The translations under genes and the position numbers were made by a program. Positions 18,607 through 27,206 of a DNA stretch of 37,238 bases are shown here, in pieces. The notes beneath the pieces were generated by a model. That model worked only from the letters and a program-made list of their open reading frames with translations, did not search any database and was not told where the DNA came from. The stretch is from positions 1 to 37,238 of IMG/VR virus record IMGVR_UViG_3300010366_000026. One strand, written 5' to 3'. How positions within the stretch are numbered: position 1 is the first letter of the stretch; the number at the start of each line of letters is the position of its first letter. The DNA comes from a virus. Taxonomy: Duplodnaviria; Caudoviricetes.

Positions 18607-20467
18607 TCCGCACCGCTTCCGCCTCGAGAGCACCGCCAAGGTCGCACCGTTCCCGCGCGCCAAATACCTCACCTACAGCAGCAAGCTGAAAGTCCAGTCG
18701 AAAGACTATGGATTAATACCCTTCCGTTTATTGGGGTCTCAACAGTACATGCTCGACGAGCTCTGCATCGGTCTCGACGCCGGCATCACCGATTTCCTGT
18801 TCCTGAAAAACCGCCAGACCGGAGCGACAACGTTTTTCATCAGCCTGGATATGTTCTGGGCTTTCGAGCACAGAGGATTATTGGGCACCTTCGTATTGCA
18901 CAAAGAGGAAGCCAGAGACGACTGGCGCAGCAACATCGAAGTGTTCTATCAGGAAATCCCGCGCAGCGTCGTCATCGCCGGCAAGAAAGTCCGCTTCAAG
19001 CCGGCCATCCTCCACCACAACCGCAACATCCTGTCGTTCAACAACGGCAGCCGCTTCCGCTATCTCATTGCCGGCACCGCCGAGAACCGGCGCGGCGGTC
19101 TCGGCCGCTCCGGCGCATCAAACTTTACCCACATGACCGAGACCGCCTTCTACGGCAGTCCCGACGACGTCGACGCCTTCGAGAGCTCCACGAGCTCTAT
19201 CTATCCGCACCGCCTGCACATCGAGGAAACGACGGCCAATGGATTCAACTGGTGGCAGGCGCGCTGGGAGGAGGCGCAGAGCTCGCCCACCAAACGCTGC
19301 GTCTTCGTGGGCTGGTGGCGCGACGAGCGCAACCAGTTCCCGCCCGATCATCCGTTTTACGGCTATTTCATGGGCGGCAAGGAACACAGCCTGTCCCGCC
19401 TCGAGCGCGAGCGCATCAGGAACGTGCGCGACGAATACGACGTGGAAATCACCCGCGCGCAGCTGGCGTGGTACCGCTGGCACCTGTCAGAAAAAAAGAG
19501 CTCCGACCAGGCGCTGATGGATCAGGAAAACCCCTGGACGGCCGCGGACGCCTTCGTGGCCACCGGCAGCAAGTATTTCAGTTCGGCGTCGCTGACCGCA
19601 GGCATCCGCGACGCGCGGCGCATTCCGTTCATGGCCTACAAATACCGCTGGACTTCCCGCTTCGATGAAATTTCTGTGGTCGGCATCACCGACAAGCGCA
19701 GCGCCGAGCTCCGCATCTGGCAGCAGGCCTCGCGTTACGGCTATTACGCGATCGGCTGCGACCCGGCCTACGGCTCGTCCGACGAGGCGGACCGCAACGT
19801 CATCTCGGTATGGCGCGTATATGCAGACGGCATGGACCAGGTCGCAGAATTCGCCACCAGTTCCACCTCGATGTATCAGACGGCCTGGAGCTTGGCACAT
19901 CTCGCCGGTTTCTACGGCGCCAACGAATGCCGCGTGCTGATCGAGCTCAACGGGCCGGGCAAGGCAGTATTTGCCGAGCTCAAGCGCATCCGCGAGGAGC
20001 TCCGCATGCTGCGCCCGGCCGCTGACAATTACGAACTGCGCAACTGCCTCAACCGCATGCACGATTTCTTTTACAAGCGGATCGATAATCCCGGCGGCTC
20101 GGAATTCGCCTACCACTGGACGATGACCGAAGACCTTAAGCGCATGCTGATGGCGCGATTCAAAGACGCGTTTGAACTGGATAGATTACGCGTGCGCTCG
20201 GTGCCGCTGCTCGACGAGATGCGCCGCATCGTCAACGACGAGGGGCACATCGCGGCCGAAGGCGGCGGCAACGACGACCGCGTCATCGCAGCCGCCCTCG
20301 CATACGAAGCTTACGACAAGTGGATGCGGCGGCGGATGACCGGCATGCAGATGACCCGCGCGCACTCCGCGGTGATCGAGGCCAACGGCGGCGAATCCCA
20401 GGTATTCCGCATGGTCAATTCGTTCCTGCGCCGGGCAAACATCAGTGTCACAGAAAAGCGTCCCTGA
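18590..20467 (+). CDS. terL: Terminase large subunit
   Basis: Walker A-like LKNRQTGATT, Walker B-like HMTETAFY, ETTANG motif, nuclease IGCDPAYG and NDDRVIA; TTG start at 18590 inferred. Confidence 0.9.
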   Translation: MDSQPDPHRFRLESTAKVAPFPRAKYLTYSSKLKVQSKDYGLIPFRLLGSQQYMLDELCIGLDAGITDFLFLKNRQTGATTFFISLDMFWAFEHRGLLGTFVLHKEEARDDWRSNIEVFYQEIPRSVVIAGKKVRFKPAILHHNRNILSFNNGSRFRYLIAGTAENRRGGLGRSGASNFTHMTETAFYGSPDDVDAFESSTSSIYPHRLHIEETTANGFNWWQARWEEAQSSPTKRCVFVGWWRDERNQFPPDHPFYGYFMGGKEHSLSRLERERIRNVRDEYDVEITRAQLAWYRWHLSEKKSSDQALMDQENPWTAADAFVATGSKYFSSASLTAGIRDARRIPFMAYKYRWTSRFDEISVVGITDKRSAELRIWQQASRYGYYAIGCDPAYGSSDEADRNVISVWRVYADGMDQVAEFATSSTSMYQTAWSLAHLAGFYGANECRVLIELNGPGKAVFAELKRIREELRMLRPAADNYELRNCLNRMHDFFYKRIDNPGGSEFAYHWTMTEDLKRMLMARFKDAFELDRLRVRSVPLLDEMRRIVNDEGHIAAEGGGNDDRVIAAALAYEAYDKWMRRRMTGMQMTRAHSAVIEANGGESQVFRMVNSFLRRANISVTEKRP

Positions 20468-20945
20468 CCTCGTCCGCCGGCTGCGCCTCGCCCAGAAACG
20501 CCTGGGCTGGATGAAGGCGATCGCCGGCATGGCCGAGCTCGACTATGAATGGCTGCGCGAATGCATCATCAAAGGGCAGATCAGCGAACGCCTGCAGACC
20601 GTGCTGCCGCCCATCCTCGAGCGCCTCGAATCCGGCGAGCTCATCCTGCGCCGGCACACCACCAACTCGGCGGACTGGCTGATCAGCCAGTATACGCTGC
20701 GCGAACGCCCCGCCGGCGCCCCGACTGTGCAGCACCGCATCGTGCGGGCGCAGGACTACTCGCCATGGGCGCGCTGCAGCGCCTGCGGCAATACACGGTT
20801 TTCAAGCTTCCAGTGCGGGCCGAAGACTACCACAGCAGGCGCCGGGCACATCAGGCAGACCAACCGCGGCCGCAGGCCCGGCTATTTCGCCTGTGACAAC
20901 TGCGTCGATATCCCGGACCGGCAGATGATGGGAATGGTGCGCTAA
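20445..20945 (+). CDS. Hypothetical protein, possible HTH plus zinc finger
   Basis: CSAC...CDNC pair; overlaps the end of terL. Confidence 0.55.
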   Translation: MSQKSVPDLVRRLRLAQKRLGWMKAIAGMAELDYEWLRECIIKGQISERLQTVLPPILERLESGELILRRHTTNSADWLISQYTLRERPAGAPTVQHRIVRAQDYSPWARCSACGNTRFSSFQCGPKTTTAGAGHIRQTNRGRRPGYFACDNCVDIPDRQMMGMVR

Positions 20946-20965
20946 AGCGTGCGGTCCGGGCGCAC

Positions 20966-21145
20966 TCATTTCGCAGTCCCCTTGCCCTGCAGCCACGGCA
21001 CTTGCGGCAGCAGCCAGACCAGAATCGGCGTAATGGCCGCCAGGAAAATCTCTATCGACGCCTGATAATCATGCCAGGCAATCCCCCACAGCTGGTCGAG
21101 GATCTCTAGCACGCTGGTCACTAGGGTCACAATTACCGCAATCAT
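20966..21145 (-). CDS. 59-aa membrane protein with two hydrophobic segments (holin-like)
   Basis: Read manually: MIAVIVTLVTSVLEILDQLWGIAWHDYQASIEIFLAAITPILVWLLPQVPWLQGKGTAK; GAGGAGG RBS. Confidence 0.6.
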   Translation of the reverse strand: MIAVIVTLVTSVLEILDQLWGIAWHDYQASIEIFLAAITPILVWLLPQVPWLQGKGTAK

Positions 21146-21157
21146 CGCTCTGCCTCC

Positions 21158-21316
21158 TCACCCCAGCACAACATGATACGACCAGATCACAACAGCAGCC
21201 GCTATCAGCAACGGAATACCGATAACCAGCACCATCATGAGACTCGCCAGCATGCCTAAGAAAAATCCGCTGATCAGCCGCCCCGTATAATCCAGCCCAA
21301 CCCCGATCCACCGCAA
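21158..21316 (-). CDS. 52-aa membrane protein
   Basis: Read manually: TTG start after GAGAGG; long hydrophobic run FFLGMLASLMMVLVIGIPLLIAAAVVIW. Confidence 0.5.
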   Translation of the reverse strand: MRWIGVGLDYTGRLISGFFLGMLASLMMVLVIGIPLLIAAAVVIWSYHVVLG

Positions 21317-21545
21317 GACACACACCTCTCAGCAAGAACCGCCCCGCTCCCTTGCCCGGCCAGGAGCAGGGACACCGTAGCACAGCCCATATCGCAGATT
21401 ACCGCAGCGAATACCGCAGGGCATTTTTTGTCCGGGGGTGGACTGGGTGGGGGGGACCAGATCCGGCTCGCCCCGGCCCCGCCTCGGCTCGCCGCGCCTC
21501 GGAGGCGCTCGCGCCCCGGCCCGGGGGTGTTCGCAGCCCGGTCGT

Positions 21546-21589
21546 TGTGTGCTGGCCGTGTGCAGCTGGAAATTCGTTAATGATTTCAA
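21546..21589 (+). repeat. Orphan copy of the attP arm-type motif
   Basis: TGTGTGCT-GGCC-GTGTGCA-N14-AATGATTTCAA versus TGTGTGCA-GGAC-GTGTGCA-N13-AATGAAATCAA at 33197-33239. Confidence 0.6.
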
Positions 21590-21933
21590 CGTCGTTCACT
21601 CCCTTGGTGAGGGAGAGGCACGCTCGTGTGCCCCGACGTCCCGGGGTAGTCCCGGCCGGCCCCGGTCCGCTGCGGGCCGAAGGCGAAACCACCGCCTCTA
21701 CCGTGTCTCAGCCCTGCGCTGCCGCCGCGGTGTCTGCTGCTGCTTGCGTTCGCTGGGGCTGTGCTGGGCTGGCATGTACGGAACGGAGAGGAGATAGGAG
21801 CATCCGTCCGTGATGGTTGTCAATTCCGCACGTTGCCGCTAACGATAGAAAAGGTTGATAATGCTTGTGTGTGACATCTGCGCACGCATCGTGACGATGG
21901 TAACCCGTAGTGCCCAAGCGCACGTTGTCGACG

Positions 21934-22269
21934 ATGACGGCCGGGCAGTTCCGGCAATGGCGGGCGAAGCGCCGGCTGACCATGCTGGACGCCGCCAAGG
22001 AGCTCGGCTGCGGCGAGCAGTCGATGGCGGACTATACGCACGGTAGGAGGCGGATTCCGCTGAGCGTGGCGCGGCTGTGCTGGGCATTGCGCTGCATCGA
22101 TATCCTGCAGTGGCGGCTGCAGTGCAGCGAGGCCATTGTGCGCCGGCTGCAGGCCGAGATTCATCGCATGATCCGGCTGCAGGACCTCACCGCTCTGGAG
22201 CGGCTCGGCGCCGAACTCGACCGTTACCGGGAGCGGCGGGACGGGAACGGTACGGAGCAGCGGCCGTAA
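21934..22269 (+). CDS. XRE-family HTH protein
   Basis: MTAGQFRQWRAKRRLTMLDAAKELGCGEQSMADYTHGRRRIP. Confidence 0.75.
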   Translation: MTAGQFRQWRAKRRLTMLDAAKELGCGEQSMADYTHGRRRIPLSVARLCWALRCIDILQWRLQCSEAIVRRLQAEIHRMIRLQDLTALERLGAELDRYRERRDGNGTEQRP

Positions 22270-22301
22270 CGCTGCAGCGCTGCGGCGGCCCGGTATAGGT
22301 C

Positions 22302-23219
22302 TCATCCTGCCGGCAGAGGCAGGCGCCGGTGGTGAGCATGACACAACGGACTGCGGAGATTCGATACAGTTTCTCCGCCGTGCCTGGTCGCAGCATCAGC
22401 ACCAGCAGCATGGATAATAGCAGGACGCGCCCAGCGCCGCTGAAATGCCCGCCATGCCGTGCCTGGTGCATATTTCTCCTGCGATGATGTTTCCGGCCGC
22501 CACAACATAGCCATTGGCGTAAAACCGATCGAACACATCTGCTCGAGGCGGTGCTCGGCCGCCGCAATGGTATCCTTGGGATATCCGATCAGCACATAAA
22601 CGCGCATGCGGTGCGACGCAGCCGTAAAGCCTGCAGCGATAAGTCGCCGGGCGGCGTGGCGCAACGTCTCGAATTCGTCGCCGGGGTCATAAGCAAAGAA
22701 CATATTCGGCCGCGGCGTCAGGCAAGCAAGCAGGTCGACCTGGTAATCCTGCAATGCCAGCGCCTCGAGGCCTCCGGTGAATTCCACCCGGCGAATTTGC
22801 CGGCGCAGCATGGCAAACACCGCCTCGACATGCGGCCGCGGACAAGCCAGCAGATTATCGTCCAGGATATTCCAGCCGTCGGTGATCGGCAGCAGCCGCG
22901 GCACCGGATCTCGTTTCCACACACTGCAAAACCAGCAGCGACGCGGACAGCCACGGCTGGTGAAAACATATCCGGGCTTGATATAGCGGCCTGGAATGAA
23001 TTCAGCGCCCGCATCACCGTAGGCAACGCCGCCGATCTTCACCGGCGCAACGTACCGCCATTGTTCGGCGAGGCATTCGGCATCTGATTTATCATAAGTA
23101 AACGTCACCGAGATGTGGACCTCGTCACCTTCCGCAAACAGATCGGGCGAACCGGTATAAACGAGCGCATCGTCGGGTGTTGCCTTGGTCCGGCGCGGAA
23201 ATACGCGAATGAGCTTCAT
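22302..23219 (-). CDS. Radical SAM protein
   Basis: FTSRGCPRRCWFC (CxxxCxxC), ILDDNLLA, VYVLIGY; ATG at 23219 with AGGA upstream. Confidence 0.85.
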   Translation of the reverse strand: MKLIRVFPRRTKATPDDALVYTGSPDLFAEGDEVHISVTFTYDKSDAECLAEQWRYVAPVKIGGVAYGDAGAEFIPGRYIKPGYVFTSRGCPRRCWFCSVWKRDPVPRLLPITDGWNILDDNLLACPRPHVEAVFAMLRRQIRRVEFTGGLEALALQDYQVDLLACLTPRPNMFFAYDPGDEFETLRHAARRLIAAGFTAASHRMRVYVLIGYPKDTIAAAEHRLEQMCSIGFTPMAMLWRPETSSQEKYAPGTAWRAFQRRWARPAIIHAAGADAATRHGGETVSNLRSPLCHAHHRRLPLPAG

Positions 23220-23323
23220 AGTCCTAATGTCCGCCCCCCTCACCTTGGTTGCCAAACTTCTCAGTTTTTCGGATAAGGTTGCATTAGCAGCCCTACATTA
23301 TCCTGCCACCATTACGACATACC

Positions 23324-23752
23324 TCATGCATGGCCCGTCGTATTGTGGATGAACTCCACGACACCGCCGAGGAGCTCGGCCGCGGCGGCAACGAGCGCAT
23401 CATCGGACTTGCGCTCGCAGGCCTCGCAGACGCCGGTGATCGAACATGCGGACGGCTCGGCAACGAAGGCGTGGGTGAACACGAACGTGTAGGGAAATTC
23501 CTTGAATTCGTGATCGCAGGCGATGCACATGAATCGTTCCGGCGTATTGCAGCGCTTGTCGAATTCCTTCAGCCAGTTGATCAGCGGCGGCACCCACGCG
23601 TCGTGTACGGTGGGATTACCGAGCGCCCGGCTCAGCAGGAATTCCGACACGTACCGGTTGGTCCGGCGAATGACGTAGATCGCAATCCTGCCGTTGCCGG
23701 CGGTGACCATCTCATCGAATTCCGCGCGTGCTTCCTCAGCTGTGTATGCCAT
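23324..23752 (-). CDS. Hypothetical protein with CxxC pairs
   Basis: CIAC...CEAC; GAGGGG RBS. Confidence 0.6.
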   Translation of the reverse strand: MAYTAEEARAEFDEMVTAGNGRIAIYVIRRTNRYVSEFLLSRALGNPTVHDAWVPPLINWLKEFDKRCNTPERFMCIACDHEFKEFPYTFVFTHAFVAEPSACSITGVCEACERKSDDALVAAAAELLGGVVEFIHNTTGHA

Positions 23753-23993
23753 CGGATGACCCCTCGTCCGGCAGGTCCGGAAGGACCAGTCCCAGCGTCA
23801 CAAAATTGTAGATACTGCCGGCCAGCTGCATCATAGCGACGGTCATGCCGGCCTGGCAGGCCTGCCTCGCCTCCTCGATGCACCACTTGCGCAGCGCCAC
23901 ATCGTTGGCGGCTGCCGCGTACCGCTCGCGCCATTTCTGGTCGACCGCCGCAACGGTCCGCTCGAGGGCAACATTCGATCTATCCAGCGACAT
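23736..23993 (-). CDS. Hypothetical protein
   Basis: GGAG RBS, overlaps neighbours; LRKWCIEEA..AGSIYNFV. Confidence 0.55.
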   Translation of the reverse strand: MSLDRSNVALERTVAAVDQKWRERYAAAANDVALRKWCIEEARQACQAGMTVAMMQLAGSIYNFVTLGLVLPDLPDEGSSDGIHS

Positions 23994-24330
23994 CGATCGA
24001 GCTCCGTATCTGGTCGAGCATGAAAACATCGATGCGGCGCTGCAATCCGCGCACCGTAACAATCACATCGGTTATCTGCCTGTTGAGACTATCGACCCGC
24101 TGTTTGAGGATTTCGATATCAGACAATGTCGGCACATCATATTCGTGCAATGCGAGCCCGCGAGCAGCCAGTGCATCCTCGAGCTCTGCAAGCGACCTGA
24201 CCCCGAAATTCCACACCCTTCGCCAATCACAACGGGATATCTTCACCACGTCTTCGAAGCTGCAGCAATTCATTGCAGCCAGTGCACCGCGAACCCTGAC
24301 CGATAAACCATCGAAGTCATCCACCGCCAT
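23980..24330 (-). CDS. Stand-alone RNA polymerase alpha-CTD-like protein with a coiled-coil tail
   Basis: GLSVRVRGAL...VWNFGVRSLAELEDALAARGLAL aligns by eye with alpha-CTD (L[ST]VR..N.L...NLG.KSL.EI...L...GL.L); GGAGG RBS. Confidence 0.75.
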   Translation of the reverse strand: MAVDDFDGLSVRVRGALAAMNCCSFEDVVKISRCDWRRVWNFGVRSLAELEDALAARGLALHEYDVPTLSDIEILKQRVDSLNRQITDVIVTVRGLQRRIDVFMLDQIRSSIDVAG

Positions 24331-24613
24331 CGTGCTGCACCTCCGGATGCGGAGCCGATTTCCGTTCGAGTAACGGGACCTGCCCGATCGGATGCCACTT
24401 GCTGCAGCGATCGCCCTCGAGGGTCGGCGGGCGGATACCCTGCCACGCCGGGCGCACCATCGGCCCCTGCGGACCGATACCCCCGGACATCATCGTCTGC
24501 GCCGCCACCGGCGGATTGACCATGCACCGCCCGACACGCTGACCGTTGGCCTGCGAGTTGTCGTAATTCCACCAGTGGCAGCTGCCGCAAAAGCCGCGTC
24601 CGGGCTTGCTCAT
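24317..24613 (-). CDS. Small Cys-rich (zinc-binding) protein
   Basis: CGSC..RCMVNPP..PPT..DRCSKW. Confidence 0.65.
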   Translation of the reverse strand: MSKPGRGFCGSCHWWNYDNSQANGQRVGRCMVNPPVAAQTMMSGGIGPQGPMVRPAWQGIRPPTLEGDRCSKWHPIGQVPLLERKSAPHPEVQHDGGG

Positions 24614-24807
24614 GGTTCGTCCCGTTCTTTCTGCATCACCGGATGCTCACCGCACCAGTCGTGATCGGGTCTGACCAGCGGCCACGTCACATGCGGGCCC
24701 GATTCCGGGTCCGGCACTGGCGCATGCCGCCGGCATATTTTCTCGTCGTCTATGTTTTCGCCGAGATAACAGCAACTGCTGCAGCGTATTGTGTTATCGA
24801 CCATCAT
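24610..24807 (-). CDS. Small Cys-rich (zinc-binding) protein
   Basis: CSSC..ICRRHAP..WPLV..DWCGEH; AGGAGG RBS. Confidence 0.65.
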   Translation of the reverse strand: MMVDNTIRCSSCCYLGENIDDEKICRRHAPVPDPESGPHVTWPLVRPDHDWCGEHPVMQKERDEP

Positions 24808-24810
24808 TGT

Positions 24811-25026
24811 CTACCTCCTGAAAAATCCCCAGAAGCGCACCAGCAGCGCGTCATTGACCAGCGCCACGATGCTCGCATAATCGCCGCTCACCATCAGCGG
24901 TTCCTGCTCAATGACGCGCACGATGGTGTGTCCGGATTTCTGCTTGTGCGGCATGATCCACACGATGCGGGCGGGATTGACCGCAATCACGATGCCGTCG
25001 TCCGCGGTGAGCTCGACGAGTTTCAT
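24811..25026 (-). CDS. Small FlbD-like fold protein
   Basis: MKLVELT..G..IAVNPARIVWI.....TIV pattern; GAGGAG RBS. Confidence 0.55.
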   Translation of the reverse strand: MKLVELTADDGIVIAVNPARIVWIMPHKQKSGHTIVRVIEQEPLMVSGDYASIVALVNDALLVRFWGFFRR

Positions 25027-25244
25027 AACGTCTCCTCTTTGAGCGCCTCCATATACAGCCCGGAGAGGCGTTCATTATCGGCGCGCAGCCGCTCGATCTC
25101 CTCAGCGGCATCACCAAACAGCGGCAGCCCATGACGCAGGCGAGCCTCACGCAGCCGCGCGACAATGTCCCTGTTGACCTGGGGCGCTCGGTAGACACGC
25201 ACGCTGAATTTGCGCTGTGTGCGATAGATGCCGCGTTTGGTCAT
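25023..25244 (-). CDS. DIVxRLR/AAxEIERLR small protein
   Basis: Motif shared with the two upstream ORFs; ATGA coupling. Confidence 0.6.
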   Translation of the reverse strand: MTKRGIYRTQRKFSVRVYRAPQVNRDIVARLREARLRHGLPLFGDAAEEIERLRADNERLSGLYMEALKEETL

Positions 25245-25426
25245 CGCCGCGATATCCTCTTTTCAAACGCCAGCCCGGCGCGCAGGAGGTCCACATCATT
25301 GCGCAACTGCTCGATCTCGGCGGCGGCCTCAAGCAACAAACTCGGCGCATCAGCGGGAATGCTCGTAATCTCGCGCCGCAAGCCTGCATCTGCCGTGCGC
25401 AGCCGCGCAACAATGTCCTCAATCAC
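25241..25426 (-). CDS. DIVxRLR/AAxEIEQLR small protein
   Basis: GTG start after GGGAGG. Confidence 0.6.
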   Translation of the reverse strand: MIEDIVARLRTADAGLRREITSIPADAPSLLLEAAAEIEQLRNDVDLLRAGLAFEKRISRR

Positions 25427-25448
25427 CGCCAGCCTCCCTGGCATCCAT

Positions 25449-25595
25449 CTAGAGGCGGGACAGGCGTTCGTTATCAGCACGCAGCCGCTCGATCTCGTCG
25501 GCAGCATCCTCCACTAACATCCAATGGATGACATGGTCCTGATCCTTGGCTCTAATCGCAGCGCCGCGCAGCCGCTCAACGATATCCTCGCTCAT
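25449..25595 (-). CDS. DIVxRLR/AAxEIERLR small protein (48 aa)
   Basis: Read manually: MSEDIVERLRGAAIRAKDQDHVIHWMLVEDAADEIERLRADNERLSRL; ATGA-coupled. Confidence 0.6.
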   Translation of the reverse strand: MSEDIVERLRGAAIRAKDQDHVIHWMLVEDAADEIERLRADNERLSRL

Positions 25596-25957
25596 TGAGG
25601 AAGCTCCGGATCAAAATCGGCAAATGACTTGTGATGAATATCGAAGCTTTCCTTCAACTTTTCTTCAATGCCCTCACAGAATGCAAACGTCTGCGCAGCA
25701 ATATCGCGCATCTGCAAAATGATATGAACGGAAGATTCAACAGCCTGCTGCTGTGCCTCAACACTTGGATAATCCTCGCGCTTGGCCTTGAAACGGATCT
25801 CCGTCTCGGTCGCCTTGATACAACTCCAACTAGGAAATATGTAGTTGAACATGGCGCGTTCTTTGCTCACCACCGTAACGGCTCCGGCCATATCGTACTT
25901 GCGCAGTGCTGCGGTGATCTCAGCCATACATTCCCGATAGCGTTTGTCCTCGCTCAT
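25592..25957 (-). CDS. Hypothetical protein
   Basis: GGAGG RBS, ATGA coupling; MSEDKRYRECMAEI. Confidence 0.6.
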   Translation of the reverse strand: MSEDKRYRECMAEITAALRKYDMAGAVTVVSKERAMFNYIFPSWSCIKATETEIRFKAKREDYPSVEAQQQAVESSVHIILQMRDIAAQTFAFCEGIEEKLKESFDIHHKSFADFDPELPQ

Positions 25958-26472
25958 ACCGCCGCCCCTCCGAGCCCGCTGGTGATTTCCGCCGGCACCT
26001 TGCCGCCGCCGAATATCCACTCGTTCAGAAAATTCATCACGTCGTCGAGACGCACCGGAAGTTCCGAGATAATCCCGATATCCTTCGCGGTGAGGATCGC
26101 GCCGTGGCAGATCCTCAGCGCGGTGTCGCGGTCGTACCGCCCCGCCTCGGCGAGGTCGCGGGTGTAGCCGCGCCGCTGCGGCCGCCACCATCCTCGATGC
26201 TCGTTCGACCAGATCAGATACACATCATCGGCCATGCGCAGCCCTCTCTGCTTGATCCGCACCAGTTCGTAGGTCCCGCGCGCACGGTAGCGCCGCCGCG
26301 AACGCACCGCCCAGCCGTCCGCCTCGAGCAGCCGGTTAAGGCGCCAGACGTTCTGGCGCAGATTGGCGTCCGCCCATTCCGGTCCGCCGTCTGCCCACAG
26401 CAGCCGCGCCAGCTCCAGCGACTCCACCGGACCCCGCCGCAACGCGCGCAGGATGGTGTCGATGTGGGTCAC
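25954..26472 (-). CDS. Winged-HTH domain joined in frame to a YLIWSNEH..WW..GYT..AGRY domain
   Basis: N-half ELARLLW..NLRQNVWRLNRLL resembles OmpR-type wHTH; internal RBS+ATG before MADDVYLIW. Confidence 0.55.
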   Translation of the reverse strand: MTHIDTILRALRRGPVESLELARLLWADGGPEWADANLRQNVWRLNRLLEADGWAVRSRRRYRARGTYELVRIKQRGLRMADDVYLIWSNEHRGWWRPQRRGYTRDLAEAGRYDRDTALRICHGAILTAKDIGIISELPVRLDDVMNFLNEWIFGGGKVPAEITSGLGGAAV

Positions 26473-26870
26473 GCGAACCTGTGACTCGCGCCGAGCGCAC
26501 CCATGCCGCGGCCGAGCTCGCGCAGTTCCGCCCAGCTGTGCAGCTCGACATACTCCGGATGCGCAATCAGCAGCGCGTTGATATCGCCGGTCACCGCCTC
26601 GAGCTCCTCGGCGGGCACTTCGCGCGCCAGCCAGGTATTGAATCTCTCCCAGGTCTCCCGGTCATCGAACGGATGCATGGCAGTCCCCCTGCAGTGGTCC
26701 TGATCTTCATGGTCCCTGAGCCAGTCAAGGGCGTATTGCGGCGGCTCCAACGCAATCCGGAAAACGCAACCGGGATGCGCAGCATCGAAAGCGCGCAGAT
26801 GCTCGAGCCAGATGTCCCGCAGGCCCGGCGGCAGATGTGCCACGACAATGATGTTCCGGATCCCGTCCAT
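26469..26870 (-). CDS. Hypothetical protein
   Basis: GGAGG-N7-ATG. Confidence 0.6.
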   Translation of the reverse strand: MDGIRNIIVVAHLPPGLRDIWLEHLRAFDAAHPGCVFRIALEPPQYALDWLRDHEDQDHCRGTAMHPFDDRETWERFNTWLAREVPAEELEAVTGDINALLIAHPEYVELHSWAELRELGRGMGALGASHRFA

Positions 26871-26882
26871 AGACACACCTCC

Positions 26883-27206
26883 CTAATCCATCCGCGCAAT
26901 CTCATAGCTGCCGTCTTTCTGCACGATCGCAACCATCCCGTAATCAAAGATCAGAATGGTTTCGTCGCGCAGCCTGGTTCTTGCAATTGCGGTCTGCGGC
27001 GGATCACCCGGATACGTGTAGGTGAGCGTGTCGAGGTCGAACCGGTACTTATCCTGGTTGACCGGAAACCAGCCGCCGCCATGGCGATAGTTGTTATTGA
27101 CCTGCTCGCGTGCAGGACGCGGGTCATCATCGGAAAACATGTCCGGCATAAACCCGAGCGTTGCCCAGCTCACCTGCGGATGCAGAAATTCCCAGCGCAT
27201 AGGCAT
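26883..27206 (-). CDS. Hypothetical phage protein
   Basis: GGAGG-N7-ATG; DDPRPAREQ..YRHGGGW..YPGDPP..EIARMD. Confidence 0.65.
   Translation of the reverse strand: MPMRWEFLHPQVSWATLGFMPDMFSDDDPRPAREQVNNNYRHGGGWFPVNQDKYRFDLDTLTYTYPGDPPQTAIARTRLRDETILIFDYGMVAIVQKDGSYEIARMD

Noticed and set aside
23772-23785. CAGGTCCGGAAGGA resembles the SRP RNA helix-8 core
   Set aside because: Antisense to coding sequence (LPDLP); lacks the following AGCAGC and the enclosing long stem
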